The notes beneath the pieces are model-generated. The model saw only the letters and a program-made list of their open reading frames with translations. It made no database searches and was not told the DNA's origin. From the NCBI RefSeq assembly GCF_009914755.1, contig NC_060931.1: 64,000 nucleotides of DNA; one strand, given 5' to 3'. This document shows positions 21,405-36,751 of this stretch, piece by piece; position 1 is the first letter of the stretch, and each line of letters opens with the position of its first letter. This stretch comes from the human T2T-CHM13v2.0 reference genome, Homo sapiens. The translations under genes were made by a program, and so were the position numbers.

Positions 21405-22480
21405 GTTTTTTGTTCTTTGTTTTTATTAGGAGAACTTGTGCAAGTTTGTTCCATAGGTAAATTGAATGTCAAGGAGGTTTGGTGTACACATAATTTTGTC
21501 ACCCAGGTGTATTAAGTCCATTTTCATGCTGCTGATAAAGATATACCCAAGACTGGGCAATTTACAAAAGAAAGAGATTTAATTGGACTTACAGTTCCAC
21601 ATGGCTGGGGAGGCCTCAGAATCATGGCAGGAGGTGGAAGGTACTTCTTACATGGCAGTGGCAAGAGAAAATGAGGAAGATGCAAAAGCAGAAACCCCTG
21701 ATAAAAACATTAAATCTCATGAAAATTATTCGCTATCATGAGAAGAATATACAGTATGGGGGAAACCACCACCATGATTCAAATTATCTCCCACTGGGTC
21801 CCTGCCACAACACATGGGAATTATGGGAGTATAATTCAAGATGAGATTTGGGTGGGGACACAGAGTCAAACCATATCACCAGGTAATCAACATATTACCT
21901 GATAGGTAATTTTTCAATCTTCATCCTCCTACCACCATCCACCCTCAAATAGGCCCTGGTGTCTATTGTTCCCTGCTTTGTGTACATGTGTACAGAATGG
22001 GAGAAAATATTTGCAAACTCTGCATCCAACAAAGGTCTAATATCCAGAATCTATAAGAAATTTAGACAAATCAACAAGCAAAAAACAAACAACCACATTA
22101 AAAAATGTGCAAAGGACATGAACAGGCACTTCTCAAAAGAAGATATACACACAGCCAACAAGCATATGACAAAATGCTCAATATCACTAATCATTAGGAA
22201 ATGACATGTCAAAACCACAGTGAAATACCATCTCACACCACTCAGAATGGTTATTATTAAAAAGTCAAAAAATAACAGATACTAGTGAGGTTGCAGAGTA
22301 AAGGGAATGCTTATACACTGCTGGAGGGAATGTAAATTAGTTCATCCACTGTGGAAAGCAGTGTGGCAATTTCTCAAAGAATTAAAATAGAACTATCATT
22401 TGACCCAGCAATCCTATTACTGGGTATCTACCCGAAGGAATAGAAATTGTCTATCACAAAGATACAGGCATGCAAATGTA
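21405..22480 (-). mobile_element. 5'-inverted older L1PA (3'UTR on -, ORF2 piece 21991-22480 on +)
   Basis: Orientation switches near 21990 (gtgtacatgtgt|acagaatgggagaaaatatttgc). Confidence 0.8.
21508..21878 (-). mobile_element. THE1C-like MaLR solo LTR
   Basis: tgtatt...aaaccatatca termini with 5-bp TSD ccagg. Confidence 0.93.
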
Positions 22481-25000
22481 AATTGTACTTTTGATGATGA
22501 ATCTTATGGTATGTGAATTCTATTTCAACTTAAAAATCTTTAAGAAATAAACAATATGATAACATATCTTTGGATTAACACACTGAGCCAATTTCCATCA
22601 TTCATAACATGATTTTATACTATCTCCATCAACGAAAAGGATAGCTGTTAACCTAGCAGTTCATAATATGGTCACTCAGTGTTCTGAGACAAGAAACCAA
22701 AAGAGTTTATTATCATTTCTTTGTAGTACTTCTTGTAACAATCATTACTATGCATTGAGTACAGACTGTGATCCTGGGGCTGCTTTTTAAATCTCCCATG
22801 CTTAAAAACACACTAAATTCTCACAACAACCCTATCAGGTTGGCAGAAGTATTGTTAACTCTATTTCAGAAATGAGGAAAGAATGACATGGGGGGTTATA
22901 CATCCCAAATCATAGAGCCAGGACATATCAAGGAGGAACAGAACCAAGCAAGTATGGATCCAAGGTTTCTGCTTTTACCACCAGACTAGACTTCCTTTCA
23001 ATACAATAAATGATGCTACTATTATTATCCTACTAATGTTTTAAATTTGAAGAGTGCTTCACAGTTCACAGAATATTTTACCATAAATAACGGAATACTT
23101 TATTAAATTCAATGTTGAAACAGCATCAAATTCAGATTCAACAGGCATTTATACACTCCCTAACTCATTTGAATGTTTTTCCCTCACCTATAATTCCACA
23201 AATACCACTCAAGACAATGAGTGAGCTCCACTGTTTGAATAAAAGAAAGAATGGAAAAGATGTTCACAATAATTACCCACTTCACTCCATCCTTTATAAT
23301 TTTCAAAAATCTCCACATATATTATCATATTGGGTCTTTACAAAACTCACTGAAATAGAAAAAAATAGAAACAATTATTCCTGTATTTCAGATGATCAAC
23401 TCAAGGCTCCAAAAAGTTGAGACAGAACTTGAATGATGGTCTCCTGGCTTGTAATCTTCTACACAATGTGCCATCAAATGGATCATTTGGGGGTGATATA
23501 TTCACAAGAATTTGGCCAAGTTGGCAAATACTCGTTTTTGTTTTGGTTTTTTAATCTCTATTGTAGAAGTCGGCACGACATGTTCCCCCATCTAGGGAGG
23601 ACCAATGTCTATCAATAGCATGCTTGAGTGCTAACTGTCATCATTTCCAGTTGTTGAAGCAAAACATTGATGTGACTGGTTTTATGTACTATACACGTGC
23701 AACTAAGGTAGGAAATGGAACCTGATTCTCCCGACACTCTTCTTTTTATTGGGGGAGTTGGAATGGCCATATTCATGGGGTGAATCACCGGACTGTCTCC
23801 CTTTATCCAGAAAACAGCACATTTAAGGCAAATCACTCTGGGAGCTGCTCTCCTCCTCATTTAGAATTACAGGAAGGAAAGAGATTTCAGATCTCTTGCA
23901 GGCAATCCCATCCCAAAGATCATATTTCCCTTTGTGTTTTCACAGCCAGGAAATCCTTCCTCAAATCCAAGTAAATCCCTCTTTTTCTTCTCTAAGCCCT
24001 CATCTTGTTCTGTTTTCTGTGAGCAGGGAGAACAGCTGGTCGTTTCTGGGAGAAGCAGCAAACCCCTGAAAGCGGCCCACTCTAGCAAGCTGCAGGATTC
24101 CACATATTTTAGCGTCAGACATCTGAGTGTTAATTACCTTAACGTGGCTCCCACATGGATGCTGATGGGTGCAAAGCCAAGCTGGCCAAGCTAAGCATTA
24201 CTGGAAGAGAAAGCAGAAAGCAGGCTAAGGCCTCCCTAGGGGGTCCTAACCTCACAGCACAGATTCTCACACATGGCTCTTACCACTTCTCCCACCACCC
24301 TGGTGCACGGTGCCCTCCCACTCCCCCAGCCAGACACCCACGCAGGCACAGACACACAAACAGAAACCCTTGGGGTCTGCCCTTATCTCCACTTTCTCAG
24401 CTCTCCCCTGACCTATCGCACCCCACCCATGATCCATTTATTTTCTCTTGGGTGGTGGAATGTTCCCACCTCCCTTAGTCCAAAACTAAAGCTTCTTGGT
24501 TACGACCACATTTCTTATTTATTCCCTTGCCCTTAGCCAGGGCTTCTCAGGACAGCTCTGCACAATAAATACTTTCTCATGCAGTCCTTGGTATTTTTAC
24601 ATGGTTTTGAATGACTGGGAGAAGCAGAGTCTGTTTCACTCGTTATTGACAAGAAGACTCAGCAAAGCTGGGGGAGTAAGAAACACAGAACAAACCTTCC
24701 ATGTAGGTTTGGTACACCATGACCAGGATGCAAAAGAAAGCTAGAGAGCCAGCCTGGTCACTGTGGCTGTTTTCACAAAATCTGCCTTGTGTGGGAGGGC
24801 AATTATCTAGAACTGGATCATAAATGTGATTACAGCTGGAGGTAAAAGAAGTAAAAGGAAGTAAAAGAAAATCTCAGAACTGGCTTATCATCAGCCTCTC
24901 GCAGACCGACCCTCAGGCACAAAGGCATTGAACTGGCATTGGGTCGCCAGATAGCACCAAATAGTCCTGTTGCATGTGTTAGCCAGGGCTGGATTCCCTA

Positions 25001-25621
<621 letters not shown>

Positions 25622-26697
25622 AAATGTGATCATAATAATATAAATATATCATAAATATGTGAGCTAATTGTATAATAATTATAATGCTCTAATAGATAAA
25701 GATCATAGATACCAAAAGCTAGATCATTCAAAAAGCAGTCCAGTTAGCCAGAGATAGTTCTGGGCTGCAGCTAATATTACCACTGGGGGGCAAGTGTCTC
25801 TTGAGGACCTGAATTTATATAACTTGGCCCCCATGGTATTCTTGGGTCCTTTGTGAATCTTTAAAAATCTCCACTCAGCTCCTTCTTCTGCAAATGAAAC
25901 ACCATTAATAGCACCAGCTCCGTCTCCAGGCCACGTCACCTGGTTCCTCACACACTCTCGATGAGGTGTCTAGAGCTAGAGACCCACAAAAAGGACTTCT
26001 AATAAGGTTTCGGGCATTGCATAGAATAGAGGAGGCATCACCTTCCCATCTCATACACACGAACTCTTAATGAAGAGGGAATTCAGTGAGCCACCAAAAC
26101 CTTTCTATATCACCAACCTGGGCAATTACTTACTGTTTTGCAATTAAATTCACTCAGGAAAATAGGATCATTACTGTCAGGAGTAGCTAACCAGCAAAGG
26201 GTGAAACTGTGCTTTCAGCCATATGGCAGGCAACTCCCAATGATGTCAACAGAAAATTGCACATGAGTAACGGCGAGGCAAGACACATCCCTGGAAGAGG
26301 CTCTGAAGTTTTATTGTCATAAACGGAAGTGGTAAAATGCAGGAACCAAGCATGGCTGTGTAAAGCCATCATTTTCATGCAAACATGGACAGACTTTCTG
26401 AATCAAGTTGACCGATACCAGACAGGTATGGCTTATTCCTCCATTCTTTTTTAATCAATACATTAATAATTTGTGGGGAAATTTTTAAAGATTAAAAATA
26501 AAAACTAAAGTTGAAATAAAGAATAAGAGCATTGTTTTCAGCTATCTAATAAAATATCTACTGTCTGGAATTAAAATCGAGCTGAGGGCGTCTTCCCTAC
26601 ACCCTCCCTCCACACACATGCACACGCTCTCAACATACCATCAGAAAAGATTTCCATCATCAATTTCCATTCTGCCCAAATTGGGAGGGACAGAGAG

Positions 26698-26857
26698 AGT
26701 AGTCTCAGCTACTAGGGATGCTGAGGCAGGAGGACTGCTTGAGCCCAGGAGTTCGAGGCTGCTGTGAGCTATGATCACGCCACTACACTCCAGCCTGGGT
26801 AACAGAATGAGACCCTGTCTCAAAAAAAAAAAAACAAAAAACAAAAACAAAAAAAAA
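26698..26857 (+). mobile_element. AluJ right arm only
   Basis: gtagtctcagctact...gagaccctgtctc plus A-rich tail. Confidence 0.9.
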
Positions 26858-27053
26858 CTTGCAGAATCCAAAAGTATCTTTTTATCTTTATCTTTATCCA
26901 AAATAAATAATCTCTTTGCAAAATGCTTCATTTTTCAGGGGTTTTTTTGTGCATTGAGATTCTGTACATAACAGAGACATTCAATAAAAATATGTTTTGA
27001 GTTAGTGAATACAGATCTTCAGTATGCTGAAAATCATGCAGAAAAATACTTAA

Positions 27054-27413
<360 letters not shown>

Positions 27414-27672
27414 GAGGTTATTGATAAGATGGAGAAGTAGCACATTGAAAGCAACAAGCACAGAGTACATCTTCAGAGTGTTGTCACTTCTTCAACAAGG
27501 AGGTAAAAGAAAATCTCAGAGCTGGCCTTGTCATCAGGCTATCACAGACAGACCCTCAGTCATGAGGGCATTGAATTGGCATTGGATCACCAGATAGCAC
27601 CAAATAGTTCTGTTGCACATGCTAGCCAGGGCTGGATTCCCTATAGCATGCTGTTAAGAACTTATAGTACCA

Positions 27673-27960
27673 GCTGGGCATGGTTGCTCACACCTATAAT
27701 CTCAATGCTTTGGGAGGCTGAGGTGGGAGGATTGCAGAAGTTTGAGACTAGCCTGGGCAATACAGCAAGACCCCATCTTTACAAGAAATTTAAAAAATTA
27801 GCCAGGTGTGGTGGCACGTGCCTGTAGCCCTAGCTATTTGGGAGGCTAAGGTGTGAGGATCACTTAAGCCCACAATTTGGAGGCTGCAGTGAGCTATGAT
27901 CACAGCACTGCACTCCAGCGTGGGCAACAGAGCAAGATCCTATCTCAAAAAACAAACAAC
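27673..27960 (+). mobile_element. AluJ
   Basis: Dimer with degenerate TSD aagaacttatagtacca / aagaaccttgcagtatcca. Confidence 0.9.
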
Positions 27961-28147
27961 AAGAACCTTGCAGTATCCAAAATAGATAAAAGTGATCACT
28001 TCTATGTCAAAACAATTCCTCTTTTCATTCATTTGGGTGAAATAAAGCCTCACTCTAGGTGTTTGCTTTACAAAGGCTGAGGATGGATTGCAAATACAGA
28101 GAAAAAAGACATTGCATCTTGCTTTGATTTTACTCCTATAGACTCAC

Positions 28148-28511
28148 TGTATTAGTCTATTTTCGTGCTGCTCATAAAGACATACCTGAGCCTGGGTAAA
28201 TTATAAAGAAAAGGAGATTTAATGAACTCACAGTTTCACTTGGGTGGGGAGGCCTCACAATCATGGCAGAAGGCGACAGGCATGTCTTACATGGCAGCAA
28301 ACAAGAGAGAGTATGAGAGCCAAGCAAAAGCAGAAACCCCTTATAAAACCATCAGATCTCGTGAGACTTATTCACTACCACGAGAACAGCATGGGGGAAA
28401 CCGCCGCCATGATGCAAGTATCTCTTACTGGGTCCCTCCAACAACACGTGGGAATTATGGGAGCTACAATTCAAGATGAGATTTGGGTGGGGACACAGTG
28501 AAACCATATCA
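28148..28511 (-). mobile_element. THE1B/C-like solo LTR
   Basis: tgtattagtc...aaaccatatca; TSD ctcac/cttac. Confidence 0.93.
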
Positions 28512-29856
28512 CTTACTATGCAATTGCTTGATCAATTCCATAAGAAAGAAGGATGTCAATGAGAAAGCAAGCCAAAGAGAGCATAGAGTTATTTGAGAAA
28601 AGGTGGGAGGCTCAGGAGAATCATTCACTAGTTTCACCACAGAGTTGTTTGCTAGGAGGATAACAAACCAAACTAGGGTGATGTCTGTAGAAAGAATAAT
28701 CACAACAATAAAAAGTATTAATAGCTAAGACAGACAGTGCTTCCATGTGCAGATACTCATCTAAACGTTTTGCATATGGAATCTTACTGCATCCTCTCAA
28801 TTACCCCATGTGGACTTCAACCTCCCAGCTTCCCTGTATGGTAGGAACTGCTATTATTCCTATTTCACAGTTGAGGAAACCGAGGTTAAATAATGTAGTA
28901 CAGGAGCTATAAAGTGACAGGATTTGTTAGGAAGGGATGTGATTGGACTGGAACAGGGAGGCATGGTCACTGGATGAGTAGAGAAATCTGGCCCAAACTC
29001 CCCATCTAGGAGCCAAGGGGATAAGCCCACAAGGTCAACTAAGGCAGATGGCAGTAGGCAGGCACCAACAATGCCAGGAGGCAGGTGGAGCCCAAAGTTT
29101 GGAATATTAGTGAAGGCGTGAATCAGCCTTGTGGTCCAAGTTAGCGAGCTCTAGTGAGAGCCACAGAAAATACATTTGCTCAGCAAAGGCTCTTTGACAG
29201 TTGCCACCAGATTTGAGTCTTATGAGAACTCTGATATACAAATCCTGGGACAGAGGTTCAGAAAGCAATGTGCCTGAAACGGCACCACTGGGAATCGGTA
29301 CAGCATCGTTACTCAAAGCACCACCAAAGCCCCAGGATGTGTCTGATAAGCTCAGGTGTCTCCCAGAGCACATGGGCCTGCCTAACCCCTACCCTGATTC
29401 ACACTTTTCTTAAAATGTTCATGTTCTGATCACCTTGAACATAAGCCACAGTCCCAGAGCCTGGCAAAGAGGTCAGATGAATGTGTCAGCATTGAGTTGC
29501 CCCATTGGTAATTTGTACTCAGGAGAGGGACGGCCATATCTACAATAGCTGGACTAGTACTTCCAGTGAGTGACCTGTGGTGGGAGGAAAGAGCAGGTTC
29601 ACCCAGGATCAAAGGAATCAGTCCAGAGGACAAGACATGGGTCAAGTCATAAAACCAAAGGGAGTGAGCCAGGAGCATGCCAGGCCTGTGCCCAGTCACA
29701 AAAGACAGTTGTAAATCAGTGGGTTGGAATGAAACAAAGATCCTTCAGTTGACCCAAGGCATCCATGAAGGGCCTCAACTGACCTGCAGCTTGGAATTGT
29801 GCAGTAAGCAATTTGCTAGCAAGAAGCTGCACTGTGGGTAGAAAGGGAGGAGCTCT

Positions 29857-30500
29857 GGGCCAGGCACCATGGCTCATGCCTGTAATCCCAGCACTTTGGG
29901 AGGGCACAGAGGGTGGATCACTTGAGGTCAGGAGTTCAAGACCAGCCTGGCCAACATGGTGAAACCCCCTCTCTACTAAAAATACAAAAATTAGCTGAGC
30001 ATGATGGCGTATGCCGGTAATTCTAGCTATTCAGGGGGCTGAGGCACGAGAATTGCTGGAACCCGGGAGGCAGAAGTTGTAGTGAGCCAAGATGGCACCA
30101 CTGCACTCCAGCCTGGGCAATAAAGCGAGACTCCATCTCAAAAATGGCAGGCAGGCAGGCAGGAAGGAAGGAGCTCTGTATAATGCCAGAAATCAGGGCA
30201 ACAAGTGGTTGCTCACACCTGTAATCCCAGCCCTTTGGGAGGCTGAGGCAGGAGATTGGCTTGAGGCCAGGAATTCGAGACCACCCTAGGCAACAAAGGG
30301 AGATCCCATCTGTACAAAATTTTCTCTAACAATTAGCTGGATATGGGGGCATGTACCCGTAATTCCAACAACTTGGGAGGCTAGGAAGGGAGGATCGCTT
30401 GAGCCCAGGAGTTTGAGGATACAGTGAGCTATGATTGTGCCACAGTTCTCCAGCCTGGGTGACAGAGCAAGACCCTATCTCTAAGAACTGAAAATAAATG
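29857..30500 (+). mobile_element. AluSx (29857-30145) and AluJ (about 30195-30500)
   Basis: Two Alu dimers; first has TSD aagg(g/a)aggagctctg. Confidence 0.92.
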
Positions 30501-30670
30501 CTCTCCTGGGCATTCCAAATACTGAGATTGTAGACAACAAAACTGAGCCTCCCTTGAATTCTTACCTATTTGGACAGTCAAGCTTCACTTTGGCATCTTT
30601 TTTCCTCCAATACTATCACTACACTTAATCTGATTTGAATAATCCCAAGGCCTTATTCAAATATTCCTTT

Positions 30671-31436
30671 GTGATTTTTTGGGGGAGATGATTTATTTGT
30701 ATTTATTTATTTAATTTTACCCTTTCTTTTAGGCTCAGGGGTATATGTGCAGTTTTGTTATATAGGCAAATTCATGTCATGGGAGTTTGTTGTACAGATT
30801 GTTAAGCCTAGTACCCATTAGTTATTTCTCCTGATCCTCTCCCCCCTCTCACCCTCCACCCTCCCATGTGTGTTGTTCTCCTCTATGTCCATGAGTTCTC
30901 ATCATTTAGCTCCCACTTTTAAGTGAGAACATGCAGTATTTGGTTTTCTGTTCCTGTATTAGTTTGCTAAGGATAATGGCCTTCAGCTCCATCCCTGCAA
31001 AGGACATGATCTCATTCTTTTGTATGGCTGCATAGTATTCCATGGTGTATATGTACCACATTTTCTTTATCAAGTCTACCATTGATGGGCATTTAAGTTG
31101 ATTCCATGTCTTTGCTATTGTGAATAGTGCTGTAATCAATCAATATCACTGATCCTTAGAGAAATGCAAATCAAAACCACAATGAGATACCATCTCACAC
31201 CACTCAGATGGCTATTACCAAAAAGTCACAAAATAACAGATGTTGGCGAGGGTGTGGAGAAAAGAGCATGCTTAGACACTGTTAGTGGGAGTGTGAATTA
31301 GTTCAACCATGTGGAAAGCAGTATGGTGATTTTTCAAAAAGCTAAAAACGGACCTACCATTTGACCCAGCAATTCCATTAATGGATACATACCCAAAGGA
31401 ATATAAGTCATTCTATCATAAAGACACATGTACACG
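30671..31436 (-). mobile_element. 5'-inverted (twin-primed) L1PA
   Basis: 3' end on - (about 30690-31136), ORF2 piece on + (about 31137-31436), 11-bp TSD aatattccttt at 30660-30670 and 31437-31447. Confidence 0.88.
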
Positions 31437-32329
31437 AATATTCCTTTTAATTTACTTCAACGTCTTTTCCTGGGAGTCACTCACTTTAAGACAGGTCCAA
31501 AGATCTGGGGCACTGTGTTGTGAAAAGCTTCCTCCCAGCAATATGTCCCCACACCGCCAGGGGCTTCCTGCCTCTGTCTCACCTGAGATACAGTTAGACG
31601 CCTCTTGTTGAACTGTCAGGATTAATTAACAATTCACTTTCTAACCCTTTGACCAATTAGGAGAAGATCTTCATTCCAGCTCTTTTTTACTTTCTTGCTT
31701 CCGTTCTCTTTTTGGCTAAAAGAGAGATTAAGGTGTAACAACATTTCAGTGCCAGTGAGTAGGAGAAAGCCCTTTGATTAATTTTTCTAAAGATAAGAAA
31801 GAAACACTTCTCTCAAACAAGGGAACAGAAAGGTTTTCCAGAGGTATCAGCTGGAAAGGTGACAACTAAATTGGAAAACAGGCACCTGCAGCAACTCCAC
31901 TGCGCAGCCTGCAACTAGGTAGGTCCCTTTGAAGCCAGATATTCTGAAAGCATTGGTTTCTTTACAGGAATGGAATGTTTGAAAACCAAAATTAAACAAG
32001 GATTTTGACCGTATGGTTAAGCAAAGTTTGTGACATTAGAATACAGAGCTTGGCTTAAAATAAGAAGAGAGCAACGGCTGCTACCATAAACTTTGTTGGG
32101 GAATTAGAAATTTCCATTAGTAAAAGTGTCTTTTTTAATAAAGAATGGACACATGCAATAAATTGATGCTCAATTTTCGAATAATTTGCCTCTTTTTAAA
32201 ATGCACTTATTCAAATAATACTTAACCTAATCTAATCATGTGTTGGCGTTTCAAAAGGCACTTCAGAATCTAGCGTGGCTCAAGATCTTTACTCTGAGTT
32301 AGAATTCTAATTCCACAGTAAATTTTTCT

Positions 32330-32522
32330 CCTTGCCACTGCCTTTGTCTCTCCACAGTGTTTCTTCAATTCAGCACCCAGAGTGGTCCTTCTGAAATGTG
32401 ACAGCTTACAGCATTCTGGGCTCAAAATCCTCCAAAGGTCTCCCTTTATCAGTCAAAGCAAAGTCACATGTCCTGATTCTGACTTCCTGGGTTACCCAAT
32501 CTCTCTCTCTCTCTCTCTCTCG

Positions 32523-32557
<35 letters not shown>

Positions 32558-32970
32558 CCCTCTCACACCAGCCATTTTGAAATTTATAATTGCGGAAAAA
32601 AACTCACCACCCATTATACTTGCATCCACTAGTCCTTCTGCAGAGAGACCTAAACACAAATATCCCCCTTAACAATGAGGCCTTCTTTACCCATCCTACT
32701 TAAAACATCAGACTTCCCCCTGCAACACACAAGTACATACATACACACATATGCACATGCATTCCTTATCTTCTTGATCCTGCTTTGTTTCCTCCATAAC
32801 ATATACCAAACATTGTATTCTTTCATAGTTTATTCATTCCATGAATTCTTCCTGCAAAGACAGGAGCTTTGTGTCCATCAGCTTTGTTCATTGCTGAATT
32901 CCCCAGGACCTACGACAGTGCCTGGAACATGGTTGGTGCTACCAAAAACTTCTTGAATCATGAATGGATA
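32330..32970 (+). mobile_element. L2 3' region containing (CT)n at about 32500-32557
   Basis: cagagtggtccttctgaaatgtga...acagtgcctggaacatggttggtgct...tgaatcatgaatgga. Confidence 0.7.
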
Positions 32971-33384
32971 TTCCTGGCACATCCAAGTTGCTCAGAAAAC
33001 TCAAGTTCTAGCTTACTTGTCCAGGCTGATTGACTCAGGGTCTGGAAATAGTCTGGCTCAGGAGACAGGATAGACAATTCTAGTCACCAAACAGCCACCA
33101 GGTAGCTGCATAAACTTCAGAGCCCAGTCTCTCTCCTGCTATAAGCATGAGCCACTTTATATTTTAATTGTTTTACTCATCACTCCTCCTTAAGATAACG
33201 TTGTGCAGTGCACAACTTGCACAGTGGTACTTAACAGCCCTGTAATAATCATCAATCAATTACTAATTCCAATTGATCATACCTTCCAATGTCTCTCATA
33301 TCCCTTTGCTGCACTGCTGGTGACGTAGTTTATGTCTAGTTAGTCCGATTAAATCATCTTCCTGGATTATTACTTTACACTTCT

Positions 33385-33815
33385 GTGACAGCCATGAGAA
33401 GGTACCTTACAGACCTCCAACTACAATGAGTGCAATTGACCAAGGGCCTTGACTGCCGTGCCCTGAAATCCATTGCACCGTCTGGGCTCCCCACCAGTGA
33501 CAGAATGTGGCAGTGTTACTTACTAAGGCAGGCCCCTTTCTAGGAGACACACATTCTTCTGATGGCCGGCTGTGGCTGGAAGACTCCTGACTGCCTTGCC
33601 AAACCTTCTTTGGACAACACAGAAGTCTAGGATATTGTCACTTGCCTTTCTTCTCTCTCTCCTTCACCTGTGGCCGGGCTTGCATTGCTGACTGATGGAC
33701 CTCTCAACCATCTTTAGCTCCCTCCCCAGAAACTCACAATTTTTTTTTTCTGATAAAATCCTTGCATGCTTAATCCTGTCTTGGCTTCTGTTTCTTGGAG
33801 AACCCTAACCAATAT
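33385..33815 (+). mobile_element. LTR16-like ERVL LTR
   Basis: tgtgacagccatg...ataaaatccttgcatgcttaatcctgtcttggcttctgtttcttggagaaccc. Confidence 0.65.
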
Positions 33816-36751
33816 ACCTTCTTCCTAAATTCCCAAGTCTAGCTTCCATTCCTTACAACATGTCTTCCCAAAGGGAGGGGTAGTTCCAACAGAAAAATCA
33901 GATCCTGCTTCTCATTTTCTCAACATTCTTTGCTGAATATCACCACTCCTAGGATAAAATCTAACCTGCTTAGTGTGACGTGTGTATAGGAAGACCTTCA
34001 TGCTCTAGTCGTAATGGACTTTTCCAGCTTTCTCCCTGGTCTTTACTGCCTTGCATTTTAGGCCTTGGCAGCTCCAAATGACCACAATTTGCAGAAGGGC
34101 CATGCTCCTCTAAGCTGCTTTATTTTCAGCAAGTTTTCCCCTCTTCCTGGAAAGTCACTCTATCTCAACCTTCCACTGCCCTTACACACATATGCATGCA
34201 CACACACACACACACACACGCATGCATGCATTTGCATCCCACCTTTTTCCAGTGGAGACCCAGCCCCAGTGAGGTTTGCCCCCATAGAGCTCTTTGCACC
34301 CCTCTCAATCTGCCCCAGGTTCTTGTACCTAGAAAACCTTTCCAGAACTCTTTACAGTACAGCATTTAGAGGCTTCCTTTTCACTCTGCTTCCAGACAAG
34401 CTTATTGAAGGCAGCAATTATGAAGAGGACCCTAATGGACTATCTGCCCTGCCCCACTTTCCTAAAAGCTTCTCCACCATCCCAGTACATGGAATAACTT
34501 TCCTGGGCCCTGGACAGTCATATTATTCAATATGACTGGGCTCACCTCACCACAGTTGAGTGGACCAGTTGTAAGTATGTAACATTTGAGCCAGTTAGAG
34601 TTTCCTCTCTAGGAATTTGGATTTCAAACTAAAAGAAAGTCAGGCTATCTTTGGGCAGCTGAATCTGTGATATCACCTCCCACCATTTTGCAAACAACAA
34701 AGAACAAAGCCAGTAGACAGGAAGGAGCAGAGATGAAAGGTGGTTCTTGCAAATTAAGGGTCAGATAAAAAGAAAAAAATATGCAGAAGAAGAGGAAGAG
34801 GAAGAAGAAGGAGGAGAAGGAGGAGGAGAGAAAAGTGGTTCTAATTCCTCACTACTTTCATCTTCTCCCTTGCTATGGTGAGGCAATATAATATCCTTGT
34901 AAGAAACTTCTATTTCCTGTTAAGCTAGCTTGTAAAAGACAGGCCATCTTTTTCATCTCCATATCCAAAGTGCATATAGATCCTCAGTAAACGTTTGGAC
35001 TAGAATGAATAAAGGAAGGAAGGAATAGCAAATGAGTGAGCAGGAAGCTTGTGGTGGAAGGCAACGATGTGATATCCATCATTGACAGACCAGTGCACAT
35101 TGGCTGAAAGACATGTGAAGACAGTTTTCTGTGACAAGACAGTGACGCTGGTATTAGGAGACCCAGACAGAGGCTTATGGTAAATATGATGATAACAGCA
35201 ATCCATGCATGTGTGAGAGGAGAATCTGTAGTTAAATCTCATCAGGCAATACAAGCAGTCTCTGACTTATGATGGTTCAACTTAGAATTTTTCAGCTGAT
35301 CCCCATCCTAAGTTGTAATCCCATCCTAAGTTGAGGAGCATTTGTAATAACAGTCAGCCCTGCCTGGATGTCCGTGAAGCCAGCCAAGCTGTCAGCTTGC
35401 AGGTGCTTGGGCTACTGCACTGAGTCAATAAGCCCTGGCTGACTGCAGGGTTTCCCAAAAAAGTATGTCCTGAATTTCTATGCCTTCAAATTCAGTAACC
35501 TGGTCCTTCTGGGGATAAATGCCTTAGCAGTACCAGAAGTGAACTGTACCTAAAGTTGGGAAATCTCCTCCTAGCCCTCAGGTGTACCTTGTGGTGATAC
35601 ATCGGCCCCATAATGTGAGTGATGTGCACAGTACATGAGGTACTACTTGCAAAGTGCTTTGCGCAAAGCCTGGCTCCTAACAGGTGCTCGGTGAAAAGTA
35701 CATAACCTGTCTCAGCCTCATTTTCCTCTCTGAAGACTGAATTAAATTGGACCAGATGTTTTATAAGTTTTTTTCTCAATTCTAAATATCTTTTATCAAT
35801 CATAGCATGGTTTAGGGACATTGCCTTGGGGCATTCTCCATGTCATCCAATCAAGCCTGCACCCAAATGAAAACCTGCCAAGGAAACAAGCATCCCATGA
35901 GGACTGAAGGACAAACATCAGGAATGGTGACAGGGATGGCAATGTTCTTTTGCAGAGTTCATGGTTGTTAGCTGGTCTCAGAGGGTTCCCAGGATGCCTC
36001 TGCTGCTAATTAGGAATGAGGCAGTGAGAGGTCTCCTGGTCCCCAGGGCTCCTTCTTCATAATTTCTCAGGACTCCTACTTCTTTGTGAGTGAGCTCCAT
36101 CCCATTAGTGCAGGATGCTCTCCTTATCTCTGATTGATGGAAATAAAGTAAGACAAAGGCAGCCAGAGGAGCCAGCAAGCCTGGGTCCCCAGGCAATGCC
36201 TCAAGTGCCTTCCCTGAGGTGTGAGCCCTTATCACTGGAAATCTCTGAGTAGAATCTAGACACTCATGTGGAGCCCTGAACTTGGACCGCCTGCCTTCCC
36301 TTCATATTGATAAAGAGCCTCTCTATGTGCCAGGCATGTATAACCAGGCACCAAACTATTTACAAGCAATTAATGCAACCCATAGATCTGCAGTGCATTG
36401 AAAGCACCTGACTCAGCTTGACAAAGTCACAGAGGTGGAAATTTCTGGTCAGGGCCAAACTGTCTGAGCACTTGACCAAGGCCAGCCCATGTCTAACTTC
36501 AATTTCCCAGTCCATATATCAGCTTCTTTTTTCCCTGCAGTTCTCATAAACAGAGGTCCCAAGATGCCTAGCATCTGAATAGGTAATAATTATGTGTTGG
36601 TTTTTCTCCATTACCCCGTCGAGGTCCATTCTCTCCTTCTTCCAGCCCCCATCTCAGTGTGTAGGAGACTGGCCACTTTGGACTTCATCAATGGGTCCTC
36701 TGGCTCCCCTTGAGTTTGGACCAATAGGAAGCACCAGAAGGATATTGAAGG

